A DNA stretch of 64,000 nt, taken from Schizochytrium sp. TIO01. Taxonomy: Eukaryota; Protista; Bigyra: Labyrinthulomycetes. The position numbers were made by a program, and so were the translations under genes. Location of the stretch: positions 8,724,761 through 8,788,760 of the forward strand of contig SMSO01000031.1 of the NCBI GenBank assembly GCA_004764695.1, written 5' to 3'. The notes beneath the pieces are model-generated. The model saw nothing but the letters and a program-made list of their open reading frames with translations, did no database searches and was not told where the DNA came from. Position 1 is the stretch's first letter. Every line of letters starts with the position of its first letter. Positions 10,683-22,500 of the stretch are shown here, one piece after another.

Positions 10683-12836
10683 TCAGTCAAGTTTAAATTT
10701 GGTGTCACGGAAACAAATGATGAGATAACGCAAAGCAAATATGCACGTAGCGCTCATGCCAAATCCAACCACGAGGAGGGCAATCATTGTGGAAGAGCTG
10801 GTAGCAACATAGTAAAGCGTCAAAGAGCCATCAGTCCACCTGGGTTCAGTCCAAATAGCGTCGACGTCCGAATCTGCGTTGAGAATTTCGTATGAGCCAT
10901 CCGAAATGTTGACTGAAGTAGACAAGGCATCGTGGAAATAAGCATTACTACATACACATACTCCCCGAATACAGGCAAGTGCGGAGCGGCCGAGGGCACA
11001 CGTGGGTGGGGAGGAAAGCTCCATGCAGGCAAGATCTGCAGAGCACGCATATTCAGAAGTAATGTTTGTCTCAATCTGGTTGTCACGGCCATACTGCGCC
11101 AAATAGTCACGAACGAATAGAGGTAGTGGCTTAATGTTGGAGTTTTCAACCTGGTAGGCACTATAAATGCCAGAGAAGAAAGATGGTGGACCATCTGAGA
11201 CTGCAGAAGTTGCAGCGAGAGCCGAAGACTCCACATACGAGGCGACCGCATCTACGCTCGAAGCTCCAAGAACATTGGCAACTAACTCACACGCGAACTT
11301 GTCTGTTAAGCAACCCCAAAGGTCACTAGCAAGTGTGGTATTCACATTAACGTTTTCCACGGCATCCCCAACTGTGCCTCCTGCTTGAACAAATGCATGG
11401 CGAGCGATCAAGGTAGCGACTTGAGCAATGCGAGCTGCAGTTTGTGTCTCATTCAGGTCTGCATTTGTCCCTGAAAGACGACGGTCATATCTGCTCAAAT
11501 AGCGTGGGTTTACATCAGTGATAGCGCTCTTGAAACCTGCAAAAACAAAACCACTTCCTTGGTAGGATTGAGATGTTTCATTTGTTGCTTCAAGGAAACT
11601 GTCCAAAGGCGACGGAGGTAAAACACCCGTTTCACCTGAGGATGTAAGAGTGATGTTCAAATCTGTGCTGTTCGCAAGAATGTTCAAAAGACTTGCGGTG
11701 GCCTCGCTGCTTGGCGACCCAGAGGCAGCGTGATAGTAGTATTCTCCAGTAGATGGCGAGCCAACAACATTGCTCACACTTACAACATCAGAGATGTTGT
11801 TAAGTCCTAACTCAGTCCATGCGAGGGCATAGATAAGAGGTTCTGCACACGTGCTACCATTGTATGGGTTTGATGTCTCAAATGTAGAGCAACTGCCTGA
11901 AGCGATATCGCGGACAAAGCGTCGTGAGCCTACGCGGTCCCAAAATTCACCATTGAAGAGCGCCACAGCAATCTGGCTGGGCAGGCTTGCTAGGATAGAG
12001 CTATCCACAGCTGCGAGGGCTTGAGCACTCAGAAGGACAGCTGCGACGCCACTAGCAGCAGCGTCTCTCGCAGGTACCACATCGTGAAAAATATCACTGG
12101 AGTCTAAATTAGTCGTGATCATTACTGTTTCTTTAGAGGAGTTGAGCAGTGTGCTTCCAACAGTGCCCCATACACTCAAGCCGCCAAGAGGATCACAGTG
12201 GCCTCCCGGAAGGCACGAAGTACTAGTGGCGTCCTTCTTGCCAAGATAGAACTGGTAGCGTGCACTGTGAAGATACACCGCATCTGCGTAGCCATTATTG
12301 CGATTGGTCTCGGCTAGAGCACGAACCTCCTCACTCTGAGATGCATTCCGCATTCTTGTAACCACAAAGGAGACTGTCTCGTTGAGTAGACCGTCTCCAG
12401 TTGGTGCCCATGAGGAAGGGGGTGCGGAGCTCTGGGCAGGAACTTGCGGAGACCCCTCAGAGTCTACAGTAATGATAACACTGGAGATGAAGATTTTGGT
12501 TGAAATTTCTTCGATGACTCGCATGCTTTCGCCGTCAAAGATTGCGTCATCCATCACGATTGCAATTTCTTCAAGACCGTGTTGATTGTCTACGAGACCT
12601 TGCAGATCTGAAAGACTTTCCACTAAGAATAGAGCTCCACCTCTTGCAACGTCGTCGTCATTCGGAGACCCGCATCCGACGGCGCCGTGCTTGGATATTG
12701 ACCTCACGCAAGGCAACGAGTCGTACGTCGTGAACATTGCCTCTACCATGGCATTGACACCGTTTACGGCACCTAGCGCAACCTGCACACCGCATGAGAG
12801 CGCCACAAGGGTCACTAGGGCCCAACTCCTGCCCAT
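10683..12836 (-). CDS. NCSTN: Nicastrin (gamma-secretase subunit)
   Basis: Signal peptide from ATG 12836 (MGRSWALV), 'PCVR...GAVGC', 'CDPLGGLSVW', 'FNGEFWDRVGSRRF', 'LPPSPLDSFL', 'YLSRYD', 'WTEPRW' and a C-terminal TM helix. The ORF track starts at an upstream non-ATG codon (12941). Confidence 0.9.
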   Translation of the reverse strand: MGRSWALVTLVALSCGVQVALGAVNGVNAMVEAMFTTYDSLPCVRSISKHGAVGCGSPNDDDVARGGALFLVESLSDLQGLVDNQHGLEEIAIVMDDAIFDGESMRVIEEISTKIFISSVIITVDSEGSPQVPAQSSAPPSSWAPTGDGLLNETVSFVVTRMRNASQSEEVRALAETNRNNGYADAVYLHSARYQFYLGKKDATSTSCLPGGHCDPLGGLSVWGTVGSTLLNSSKETVMITTNLDSSDIFHDVVPARDAAASGVAAVLLSAQALAAVDSSILASLPSQIAVALFNGEFWDRVGSRRFVRDIASGSCSTFETSNPYNGSTCAEPLIYALAWTELGLNNISDVVSVSNVVGSPSTGEYYYHAASGSPSSEATASLLNILANSTDLNITLTSSGETGVLPPSPLDSFLEATNETSQSYQGSGFVFAGFKSAITDVNPRYLSRYDRRLSGTNADLNETQTAARIAQVATLIARHAFVQAGGTVGDAVENVNVNTTLASDLWGCLTDKFACELVANVLGASSVDAVASYVESSALAATSAVSDGPPSFFSGIYSAYQVENSNIKPLPLFVRDYLAQYGRDNQIETNITSEYACSADLACMELSSPPTCALGRSALACIRGVCVCSNAYFHDALSTSVNISDGSYEILNADSDVDAIWTEPRWTDGSLTLYYVATSSSTMIALLVVGFGMSATCIFALRYLIICFRDTKFKLD

Positions 12837-14298
12837 TGTGAACTCGAAACCCAGTACTTTGCGTCTCTTTTCAACACGACGCCTCCTCGCGGGGACGATC
12901 TCGATTTGGTTGATGTCCAGTTTAGAATCGAGGTTGGTCAACGGAGCATTTTATCCTATTTTATATTGGCTTTTAGGTACCTACCTACCTACAGTGTGTA
13001 GTAGTAGTAGGTAGCAGGTAATAGGTTGGGCGACCCCAAAGTAACAATTGTAGTACTATAAAGAAAAACACGAAAGTTGTGCACGAGCGATGTTCTGTGT
13101 GATGGACAGTCCTTGTTACGTGGACTTGTTGGCTTGGACCAGGACCAATTAATTATGATAGTGCCGTGCCATAATGAGGTGCTTGAGTGGCGCAAGCATG
13201 ATGTAAATATACATGCGTATGAGAGGACAGTTCTAGCGCGAGATTTCGCTGAAGTCCAGCTTTGGCTTGCGTAGATATTCTTATCGAGGGCCTCATAACA
13301 AGTAGTTTTTATGTTTATTGTGACAAGAAAACCTGAACAAAAATCTTAATAAATTGCTTACTGCACTGCGGATAGAATTGGCAGCAAGCACATAGTTTGG
13401 GAGGAAGACACTCATCCATGGCAATTTATCGAGCTTTGAAAAATACTAATAATTGAAACACTCCAAATAGCCTATAACTAGAGCGCATATGACACTGAAA
13501 CACATTAAGGTCGAGCCTCGAATCAAAATACAATCTCATTGTTTTACCTGTCTGTGCCAAATTTTCAAGATGATGAATAAAATCGTTTCAATAAAAATAC
13601 ATATCTTGGAAATCTACACCTTAACTACTAATTTATTCTGCGCTTGTATATCTTCATTCTCAAGTTCTATGTTGTCTCTAAGCCATTCAGAGTCAGATTC
13701 TTTCACTTCTGCTGCTCCAATCTCAATTCGTGTCGCCTCAACCCACAACTATTTCTCCGAAGCCCCATATGGAGTATTCTATACCTTTATGTAACTGTAA
13801 TTTCCCATTTTTAAAGCATCTTTTAGCCTTTCGGCGAAACCTACAACATTCACTCACCCATATTCTACGGCCCCAATGGGTGTATACCTGAACTTTATTT
13901 CCTCCGATACTCATCTCCCAGCGGACATACCCTTTTTCCTCCGGCTCTTTCTTTCTTTCGAGTTCCTTGTAGAAAGAAAGTTACTCACTAACCCCTAACT
14001 ACTGCCTACACTAGCACTTCAATACAGCAACGTGTAATAAAATGCCACCTTTTCGATTTCCTACCAGAACGCGTGTCATGCCGAGGCTTCATTGTTCACA
14101 CAACTGAAGCACCAAAGCAGAACAAAGAGAGCGATAACCGTATAACTCACTTTGCAGAATGTGGCTACAGTAGAGTATTTGGGTATACTATAGAGTAAAC
14201 AAGCCAGCTCAAGTGGACTTCTATTTCATTTTCAGAACTGCGCAACTTTCCGCAGAACCAAAAGAGGCATCGCTGCCGCCGCCTTCGAGTTTGAGCAG

Positions 14299-15039
14299 AT
14301 GGAGAGCTCACTGCGGTCCGCGTTCTCGCTGCTGCCGCTGGCTGCCTCGAGGCTGGCAGCAGCTGGCGACACGCTTGCCCGCCATGCGGACCGCGCCGCT
14401 GCAGCCGTAAAGGCCATGGGCGCCGGAAAGGCATCCATTGCGGCCTCTTCGGCAACCCAATCCTCTTCTGCCTCTGCTCCCTCTGCCGCTTCGTCGGCGT
14501 TGAGGGCCGCTAAGGCGTCTTCTTCTTCGACCAAAGTTCTCGCTGCGCGATCTCCACTCGCGAGGCTTCTGCGCGAGGCGCGTTTGGATATTCACGACGG
14601 TGCTAAAGATCGCCAAGGACTCCGCGGTGGCGCGAAACTCAAGTCAGCTCGCGCCGCCGGTCCCCTTCGCGCTTCGTGGTTGGCACAGGAGGCTGCTAGG
14701 CGTGAAATTGTCGCTCCTGCAGTTTCCCGGGGCGGCACAGACGCAGGCCTAGGCGCGGCATCGGCTGTTATGCCGTGCATGAGCCTTGGAGGCCTTTCGC
14801 AGGTCTCTTTCGCGGTCCTCCTCGGCACAGACGCCTCTGCATGGAGCTCTTCTTCGCACAAGGCCACGTCTGAGCTTGCTGCTAGACTCCAGGATCAGAA
14901 TGAGTTCTTGGAGGACAACCACGTGTACATGACGGCATTCATCGAGCGCCAGAAACAGAGGATTGAGGATCTTGAGAAAGAGGTCAGGAACCTCAGAAAC
15001 CAGCTTGCAGAGCGCGGACCAGGACTGGAGTTGTGCTAG
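14299..15039 (+). CDS. Hypothetical Ala/Ser-rich protein with C-terminal coiled coil
   Basis: 246-aa ATG-initiated ORF in a GC-rich block, with a heptad-like tail 'RQKQRIEDLEKEVRNLRNQL'. No family recognised. Confidence 0.4.
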   Translation: MESSLRSAFSLLPLAASRLAAAGDTLARHADRAAAAVKAMGAGKASIAASSATQSSSASAPSAASSALRAAKASSSSTKVLAARSPLARLLREARLDIHDGAKDRQGLRGGAKLKSARAAGPLRASWLAQEAARREIVAPAVSRGGTDAGLGAASAVMPCMSLGGLSQVSFAVLLGTDASAWSSSSHKATSELAARLQDQNEFLEDNHVYMTAFIERQKQRIEDLEKEVRNLRNQLAERGPGLELC

Positions 15040-15642
15040 ACTGCCACCTCAAGAGCTAATTTAAACGTGGCCAGGAACGTTGATCTACTTGCTTATTTCA
15101 TTGCAAATTCGAACTGTTCTTAGGCTATGCATGGCTTCTCTCTGTGGGATCCCTTCTTGATTGGATGAGAACTTGTCAACACCTGTGAGTTGGCTCAACT
15201 CCTGGAGGAACGTCTTGTGAACCTTCATTCCTTTGTCTATCATTCGTTTCTCGAAGAGACGCGAGGTTCATCTTTAACTGAATTAATGTTTATTTCTGTT
15301 TGTATATTTCTTTGTCAATCTTTTTTATTACTGTTCATAGTTATCCCCGCACCTCTCATAGGTGAGCTGCCACATCACATGAGTTAATGTGATAACTTAC
15401 TTGATTCACATGAAACAGAGGTATGAATAAACTAAAGAAAAGTGGTTTTGCTCATGGTTTCAATCTGCTGTCTAGCATTTGTGACTTTGATTGACTCGGT
15501 TTTAAGATTTATCAACAGAGTTTATGTATCGAATATTGATGTTTTTACATCAATTTGTTTGTTTGTTTTTCACCATAGAAAAAACCATATTCCTAGTATG
15601 ATAGTTATAATACCTACTTCAGAACTAATATGGAAAGACGAA

Positions 15643-16017
15643 AGAACCCGCAACCTATATATAGTTGGCTCGTTGTTTATGAGACATGAGCCGCGGTGCC
15701 AATACTTCTAAGTCATACGTCCAAATTATGATTACAAAGCCCTCTTACGCTGGGTTTGCAGTCCGGCACCATTTCGATACTCAATTCAATCTATCTTTTT
15801 ATTTACTTTTTGCAGCTGTGAGGGTCGCATCAGAACCAATATGGGATGATACCAGAACCAATCTGGGACGATAACAGAACCCGCAACCTATATATAGTTG
15901 GCTCGCTGTTTATGAGACATGAGCCGCGGTGCCAATACTTCTAAGTCATACGTCCAAATTATGGTTACAAAGCCCTCTTACGCTGGGTTTGCAGTACGGC
16001 ACCATTTCGATACTCAA
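15643..16017. repeat. Near-identical ~142-bp direct duplication (15643-15784 and 15876-16017, offset 233 bp)
   Basis: Both copies begin AGAACCCGCAACCTATAT and end CCATTTCGATACTCAA, with only a few substitutions and a 2-nt TA indel. They give twin short ORFs 'MSRGANTSKSYVQIM'. Confidence 0.92.
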
Positions 16018-16506
16018 CTCAACTCAATCAAACCTTTTTTTTTTTGCAGCTCAAGTTCTGATTTACTCTATATGCTTAGTAGATTGTCTAGTCATTGTTT
16101 CTTTTAGCTTCAAGCGACAAATTCCTCTATCTGTAATACGTTTGTACAACGCAGTTTTGAACTCTTACTTTTCAAGTTAAACAGGTGGCCATTGAATAAA
16201 ACCATATGTCTTTTCATTAATGAATGTATGACAGTCGAGTCTGTCGAGCTAAAGTTATAAGAAGTTGGACGCATCCTCTTTAAAAATAATCTGAAGGTAG
16301 CAAGCGATAAATGTTAGCGCCCCATCGTATTACGGGCAAGATGCAAGATGTATAACAATTTTCTTCAATTCTTAAGATACTACTCACTTCTGACGAGACG
16401 TTACTTTACTGCTGTATTTTCCTAAATGGCTATGCAAGGACGTCGAGCCACTACTACAGTTATTCTAATTTTAATGTAGAAAGATTTGAGGATGAGAAAG
16501 CTTAGT

Positions 16507-19500
16507 TCATGAGAAATTCTCTTCGTCAATTCCAGTTGCTTCAACAGTGACATTTACTTGTTGCCCCCGAAGCATAGCCTTCCGTTTGAATGATCCAAGT
16601 TTTCCACCTCTTCCCAAGGGTTCAAGATTAGTTGCAGCATCCATCAAAGCTTCATTTTGCTCGTCATTATCACTCATGCCAAGCACCTCTTCTTCCTCTT
16701 CTTGTGGCTTAGCCTTCGAAGCACGCCGCTGCTTTCGTTTGCTACCATTCGCAAGAGCAGACGCAGCACGCTTTCCCTTGCCTGTGCTCTGAGCCGGAGC
16801 AGGCGTTGAGCTGACACCGTTCTTTGTCGGTTTGCCTTTAGCCTTTCCTTTAGCCTTGGCCTTACCCTTGGTCTTAGAGCGATGGTCTACACAGTAGAAT
16901 TCAAGCTCCTCATCTGGATCCCAATCTGTCTTGACAGCACAAGGGACATGAAACGATTTATCACACTTTCCATAATAGCAACCTACAGTTGCACCACGAT
17001 TATTACAAGATGCACATGAAAGGAAGCGGCCACGACGCACCGCCTTCAGAACATTGTAATACTCATTGTCCTTTACGTAGGCTTCTGGGCTTAAAGTGGC
17101 ACAACGCAAATGAATCCATACTGGGGCCCAGCGGCTCTCACCCTTGGCTTGTAGGAATGGATAAGGCATTGGGCGGTCATAATCATCCATAGCTTCTAAA
17201 GCAGCAGTATCACCTTCTGCAGGAATCTTCATATCACGCATACACAGAGCACAAGTCTTGATCACAGGCTTACTCGGATCAAGAGGCTCAGGCTCATGCT
17301 TGCGCCAATCCTTGTCAATCGGGTCGGGGCCATCACGGCGACGCTTCTTTCCAGTACCTGCTGAAGCCTTTGCAGGTGTTGAGGAGGTTGCTGCAGTGAG
17401 AGTGCTGGCAAGAGTCACAGTTGGAATTGCCGCTCGCGAAGACCGGCGGCGATTAGATGAGCTCGCCGCGTCGGCTTCCTCGTTAAATCTTCGAGTGCGG
17501 TTACGCGGGCGCTTGCTGCTGCGAGTATCATGGCCACCCTCCAATCGCTTCCGCAACTCCTTATCAAAAGGATAGTGATGAGAGACGTCAAACTCTTTGC
17601 CTTCAAGATGGTCAGGACAGATAATGAGATTCTTGTGCAATCGCAGAGAATGTTTGTGATCAAGGCACATATTGTGGAAACCCTTGGGACAGCGTAAACA
17701 GTGCACTTGGACAGGTGTTGCAGTGTCAGAGCACTTGCAGCATTCATGTAGAGGGCAAAGGAATGTATTATTCGTCTCGTCAAGCATGCGTGCTTGCTTT
17801 GACTTCTTGATGCATGCCATGTGGTGAAAGCGGCCGCAATTTTCATCCGCACACTCAAAAACACCATCTTTAACACCTGTGTAGCCACCCTCACGACATA
17901 AAAGGCACGTGTGGTAGCCGTTGCTACAGTCTGGGCAAAACCATTTATCCTCTGTCTCTACAGTCTTGGCCGCATTGGGACTGAGGCACTTGATGTGGAA
18001 AGCCTGCTTACAAGGACCTTCACAAACCACAAGTTCACCTCCATCTGCACAAACTGTACATACCTCACTAAAATGATCTTTCATTATACCTGGTGTGCCA
18101 TCGTCCTCGTCTTCCTCGCCGTCTAACAAATACTGTGCGTCATCGAATTCATCGTCGCTCAGCTCCGTGTACTTACTGCGCTGGGGCTTAGAGCTACGCT
18201 TGCTCTTGGTATCGTCAGCATCAGCCATGTTGCCAGAGTCACCATATCCGCCATCACTCTCATCACCAGAAAACAATTCATCATCACTCTCTCCAGATGT
18301 ATTGCGTCCACGCCTTGCTCGGCGCTCTCGAAGACTTTCCAAACGCCGCATCCAACGATCAGCAAGATCCGTGTAAACCTTACGCGCAGGATTACCCTTG
18401 TTGAAAGATTCAGACCCGAAGGTTTTCTTCATGTTACTAATCTGTACCAGCAACGATACAGCAGTTTCCATATCGTGCTCATTCACAATCTCACCCGCGT
18501 TCCGCTGACTGACAATATCACGCACCAGGAGACGTACATCCTCCATAAACTGACGGCGTTTAGCAGGGTCGCGACCAAGCTCCATAGCTTGCTGCACGTC
18601 GTTCAGCTTAGCAAGCATCGTATCTGGTGTCGCCATATCAGGAAGTACCTTTGACCAAAAGTTAGGATCATTGATATCCACACCATCTTCACGCTCCTCT
18701 GCTTTGAAGGTAGTTTTATTAACAGTATTGTGCTTGAGCTTGTCTAACGCTCCACCACCCGCGGAGTCACCCTTGACCGGGTCCATTTTAACTGTACGTG
18801 CATTGGTCTTCAGGAGGTCATCAATGTTGGCTCCCACGAATGTCTTAGCAGCGGCGTTGTCATCATCTTGCAAATGATGATATGCACCCTCTCGGAGCAT
18901 GCGTTCCAACTCTTGAGGACTAAGGTTTTTACCACCAACACCCTTCTCGTCCTTATCCCCTTTGCCCTTTTTAGAAGACTTCAACGTAGATTCATGGACT
19001 GTGCCTAGAACTGCCCGCTCAAGACCGAGCTTCATAGCAGCACGTTGGAGCATCGTCTCTTCGTAGGTGTTCTTGGTGACTAGTCGAAAGATTTTCACAG
19101 CCTTCTTCTGACCAATACGGTGCACGCGAGCCTGAGCCTGAGCATCATTCTGCGGGTTCCAGTCAGAGTCAAAAATGATCACAGTGTCTGCAGCCGTCAG
19201 GTTGATACCCACTCCACCAGCGCGAGTGGACAAAAGAAATACAAACGAGTTCGATTCAGGGTTGCTAAATCGGTCAATAGCAGCTTGGCGCACATTACCT
19301 TGCACGCCACCGTCCAGACGCTCCATAGGGTACCCACGGCTCTTGCAAAGGTATTCCAACAAATCAAGCATACGAACCATCTGTGAGAAAATAAGGACTT
19401 TGTGACCCTCGCTACGCAGCTTGGGTAAAAGCTTATCGACCAGAACTAGCTTACCCGACCCGCGAACGCATCGCTCAAGGGAGGCACGATCAAACAACTC

Positions 19501-22500
19501 ATCGCGGCTCACCTTCTGCTGATGTGCCGTGCGAACCATTTGTAGCAAATCGGCCTGTTCGTCAGCATCGGTAGCACTTTCCTCTGCACCTGTAGCCTTG
19601 TCTGCCCGTCTGCCTGAGCGATCTTCCTTTTCCACAGCAGCCCATTTTGCTCGGATCTCCTTACGAAGATTGGAATTCTCATTATCCTGCACACCAGAAA
19701 TTAAGTACGGGTGATTACAGCACTTGCGGAGTTCCATTTCTACATTGATGAGCTGCGGCTTATTACCACCCTTGCAACCCTTGTATAACACTTGCCGGTT
19801 GCGATCGAAGATAGCACGATAGTACCGTTTTTGCAGCATCGTCAGTTCCACATCAATGATAGTTTCCTCCTTTGGTGGGATACTCTTCTCAACATCTTCC
19901 TTGACACGACGCAGCATGTAAGGCGCGATCTCCATTTGCAAACTGTCAAGTTGCTCTGCACTATGCATATCGCCATACTTTTCCATGAAAAGATCCTGGT
20001 CTGGGAACTGATGCGGATCACAAAAGTTAAGCAGAGACCAAAGCTCCAAAATATTATTTTGAAGAGGTGTACCCGTTAGCAATAACCGGTTTGCATCCTG
20101 GATGCGGTTCAGCATCTCCAACAGTTTAGACTTCACGCTCCGCAATCGATGACCCTCATCAATAACGACACCAAGCCACGGCAAAGATGTGAGAAAATCA
20201 ACATCTGCCATGAATGTCTCGTATGTGGTGACTAGTACGTTAAACTTCAGCAAATCCTTACGACCATCCAGACCAGGATAGTACCACTCATATTGACGAA
20301 TCACTTCACGAGCTTCTGCACCACCTGTGTCATAGTAAGTACAGACGTTCATATCAGTCCACGTTTCAACCTCACGATGCCAATGTCCGATAGTGGATAA
20401 CGGGGCAACAATCAAAAAGGGTCCACGAAGGCTCTCACGAGTACGCAAATGCTCAAGAGTAGCAACGACCTGAACGGTTTTGCCCAGACCCATTTCATCT
20501 GCAAGAATGCAGTTCACACCGCGGTACCATTGACTGAGCAACCAGTTGATACCTTGCAACTGATAAGGCCGCAGCATGTTGCCGTTTTTGTACCGCGGCT
20601 GATTACGCGGAAGGTAAGGAACAAACTGTTTCCGACGCAATTGATTGAGAGCAGCACGTTGGGCTTTGAAGGCACGGACCGCAGACTGACTTTCCATATT
20701 TGCGCCTCCTGCAGCCTTCTGTCTAAACTCCATTTCCTGACGTTGCAGATCCCGCTGTTGCTGGATGTCTACCTCGCCCACGAAATTTTCCTCGGGCAAA
20801 GGCATGAGTGACACAGCAGCCTGCCAGGCTTCCATGCGAATTTGAGTTTCAATTTGCATTAAAGCCATTCGACGTTGGTTTGGATCGGCAATTGCATTTG
20901 CTTCTGCACGCGCAGCTTTGACTTCTGGTGTATCAACAGGGAGGTTCTGCCAGATACGCAAGTTAGAACGCAACGCTCGAAGTGATTGAGACAGGTGGCG
21001 CGCCATGTAGACATGGTCTTCATCGGGTGGCGTACGCGGGGTACCATCGAATTGTACGTCGGTGGGTTCTACACGCATAGCATCATAATTTTCACCTTGA
21101 CATTCCTTCCATTCTGCAGGGGACAGTTCTGATTCCTTTTCGTGTTGATCCTCGATTTGACGGATAATATCATCAAGCACCGGAGCAACCTTGGCCAACC
21201 TTTGCATTCGATAATTTTCTTCTACATTGTGACCATCTTCCTGCTCCATCAACTGAGCCTTACGAGCAGCCCCAGCATGCACACGCTTCTTGGCTGCTTC
21301 AGCAGCAGCAGTCACAGCTTCATTATCAGCCCCAGCCTCTGCTTTAGCTTCTGCTTTGGCCTTTGCTTTGGCAACTGCTTTGTCTTCCTTAATCTGCGCG
21401 GCCTCGGCTCTCAAAATTGCAAGAGCTTCCTGAAACAGTGTCAATCGACGCTTAATTGTAACTTCAGGCACAGTACCAAATAGGAGACGATCCAAACGTG
21501 CGGTTTTCATCAGTCCATAAGTGGCAAAGCCAAAGATTTTACGAGCCCGGTAAAGAAGGGCAAGAATCTTTTGTTCAGTAAGCTGACGAGCGTCGGCAAA
21601 AACCTCCTTACCATTGGATGGCCATCCCATGATCCACCGGGTGAGAGAGCCGACGTTGCACCCGGCGAGTTTGCTCAACTGAGTGATACTCACTTCTCGC
21701 CGTGCCCACACGACGTTAATAAGTGCGCGGAACATAGCAATGGTAGCCGCGCGAAGCGATTGATTCGCGTGGTGGTTTTGCAATTGAGCTGAAGACAGTT
21801 CATCATGATGCAGCAGACCTTCAACATATGCGCATCGTAGTGCAGATTTGGGACGCTCGACAATACGGTAAGGGTACTTGCCTCCGGGACCAATAAGACC
21901 GAGACGCACACCAAGGGGCTCTTTGCCTAGATAAAGAGTGAATAAAACTGACTCCACGGGAGGCTTGTTTGTAGTGGGGTCCTTGCGGCGATCGTATCGG
22001 TACACAAAGCGGCGCATTGTCACAGCATAGGATGTACGCTCCCCTCGCATAACCTCTCCATGACGTGCAGTTAAGTGACTGCTGACAGTTGCGAGGTCAA
22101 GACCTTGCATACTAAGGCTTTCTACGGCAATAATTTCATCTCCAGGTAAGAGCATGGAAAGGTCTGAGGGCATCACATAAGACCTCAACGCAGCAGGTAT
22201 TTTTACACACCCGCGTGCTCTTCGCCCTTCAACACATTGAGCGGCAACACTGGGAAGACGAGCAGTTTGTGCCGAGACTTCGTCTTCAGCATCTGCGCCG
22301 GCTGCAGCACCAGAACCTCCAGCACTACTGTTTTGTTTGCTTCGCGAGGATGTCGTCGACCCCATAGCATTTGGTAGCAAGGCTGGCCAAAGCATATCAT
22401 CATCATCGACCTGGAATCCCCTTGTAGGTACACGATTACGACGGTGGTAAAGGGCCATCTTGTAATCATCCTGGACATCCTCTTCGAATTCCCAGGTGGA

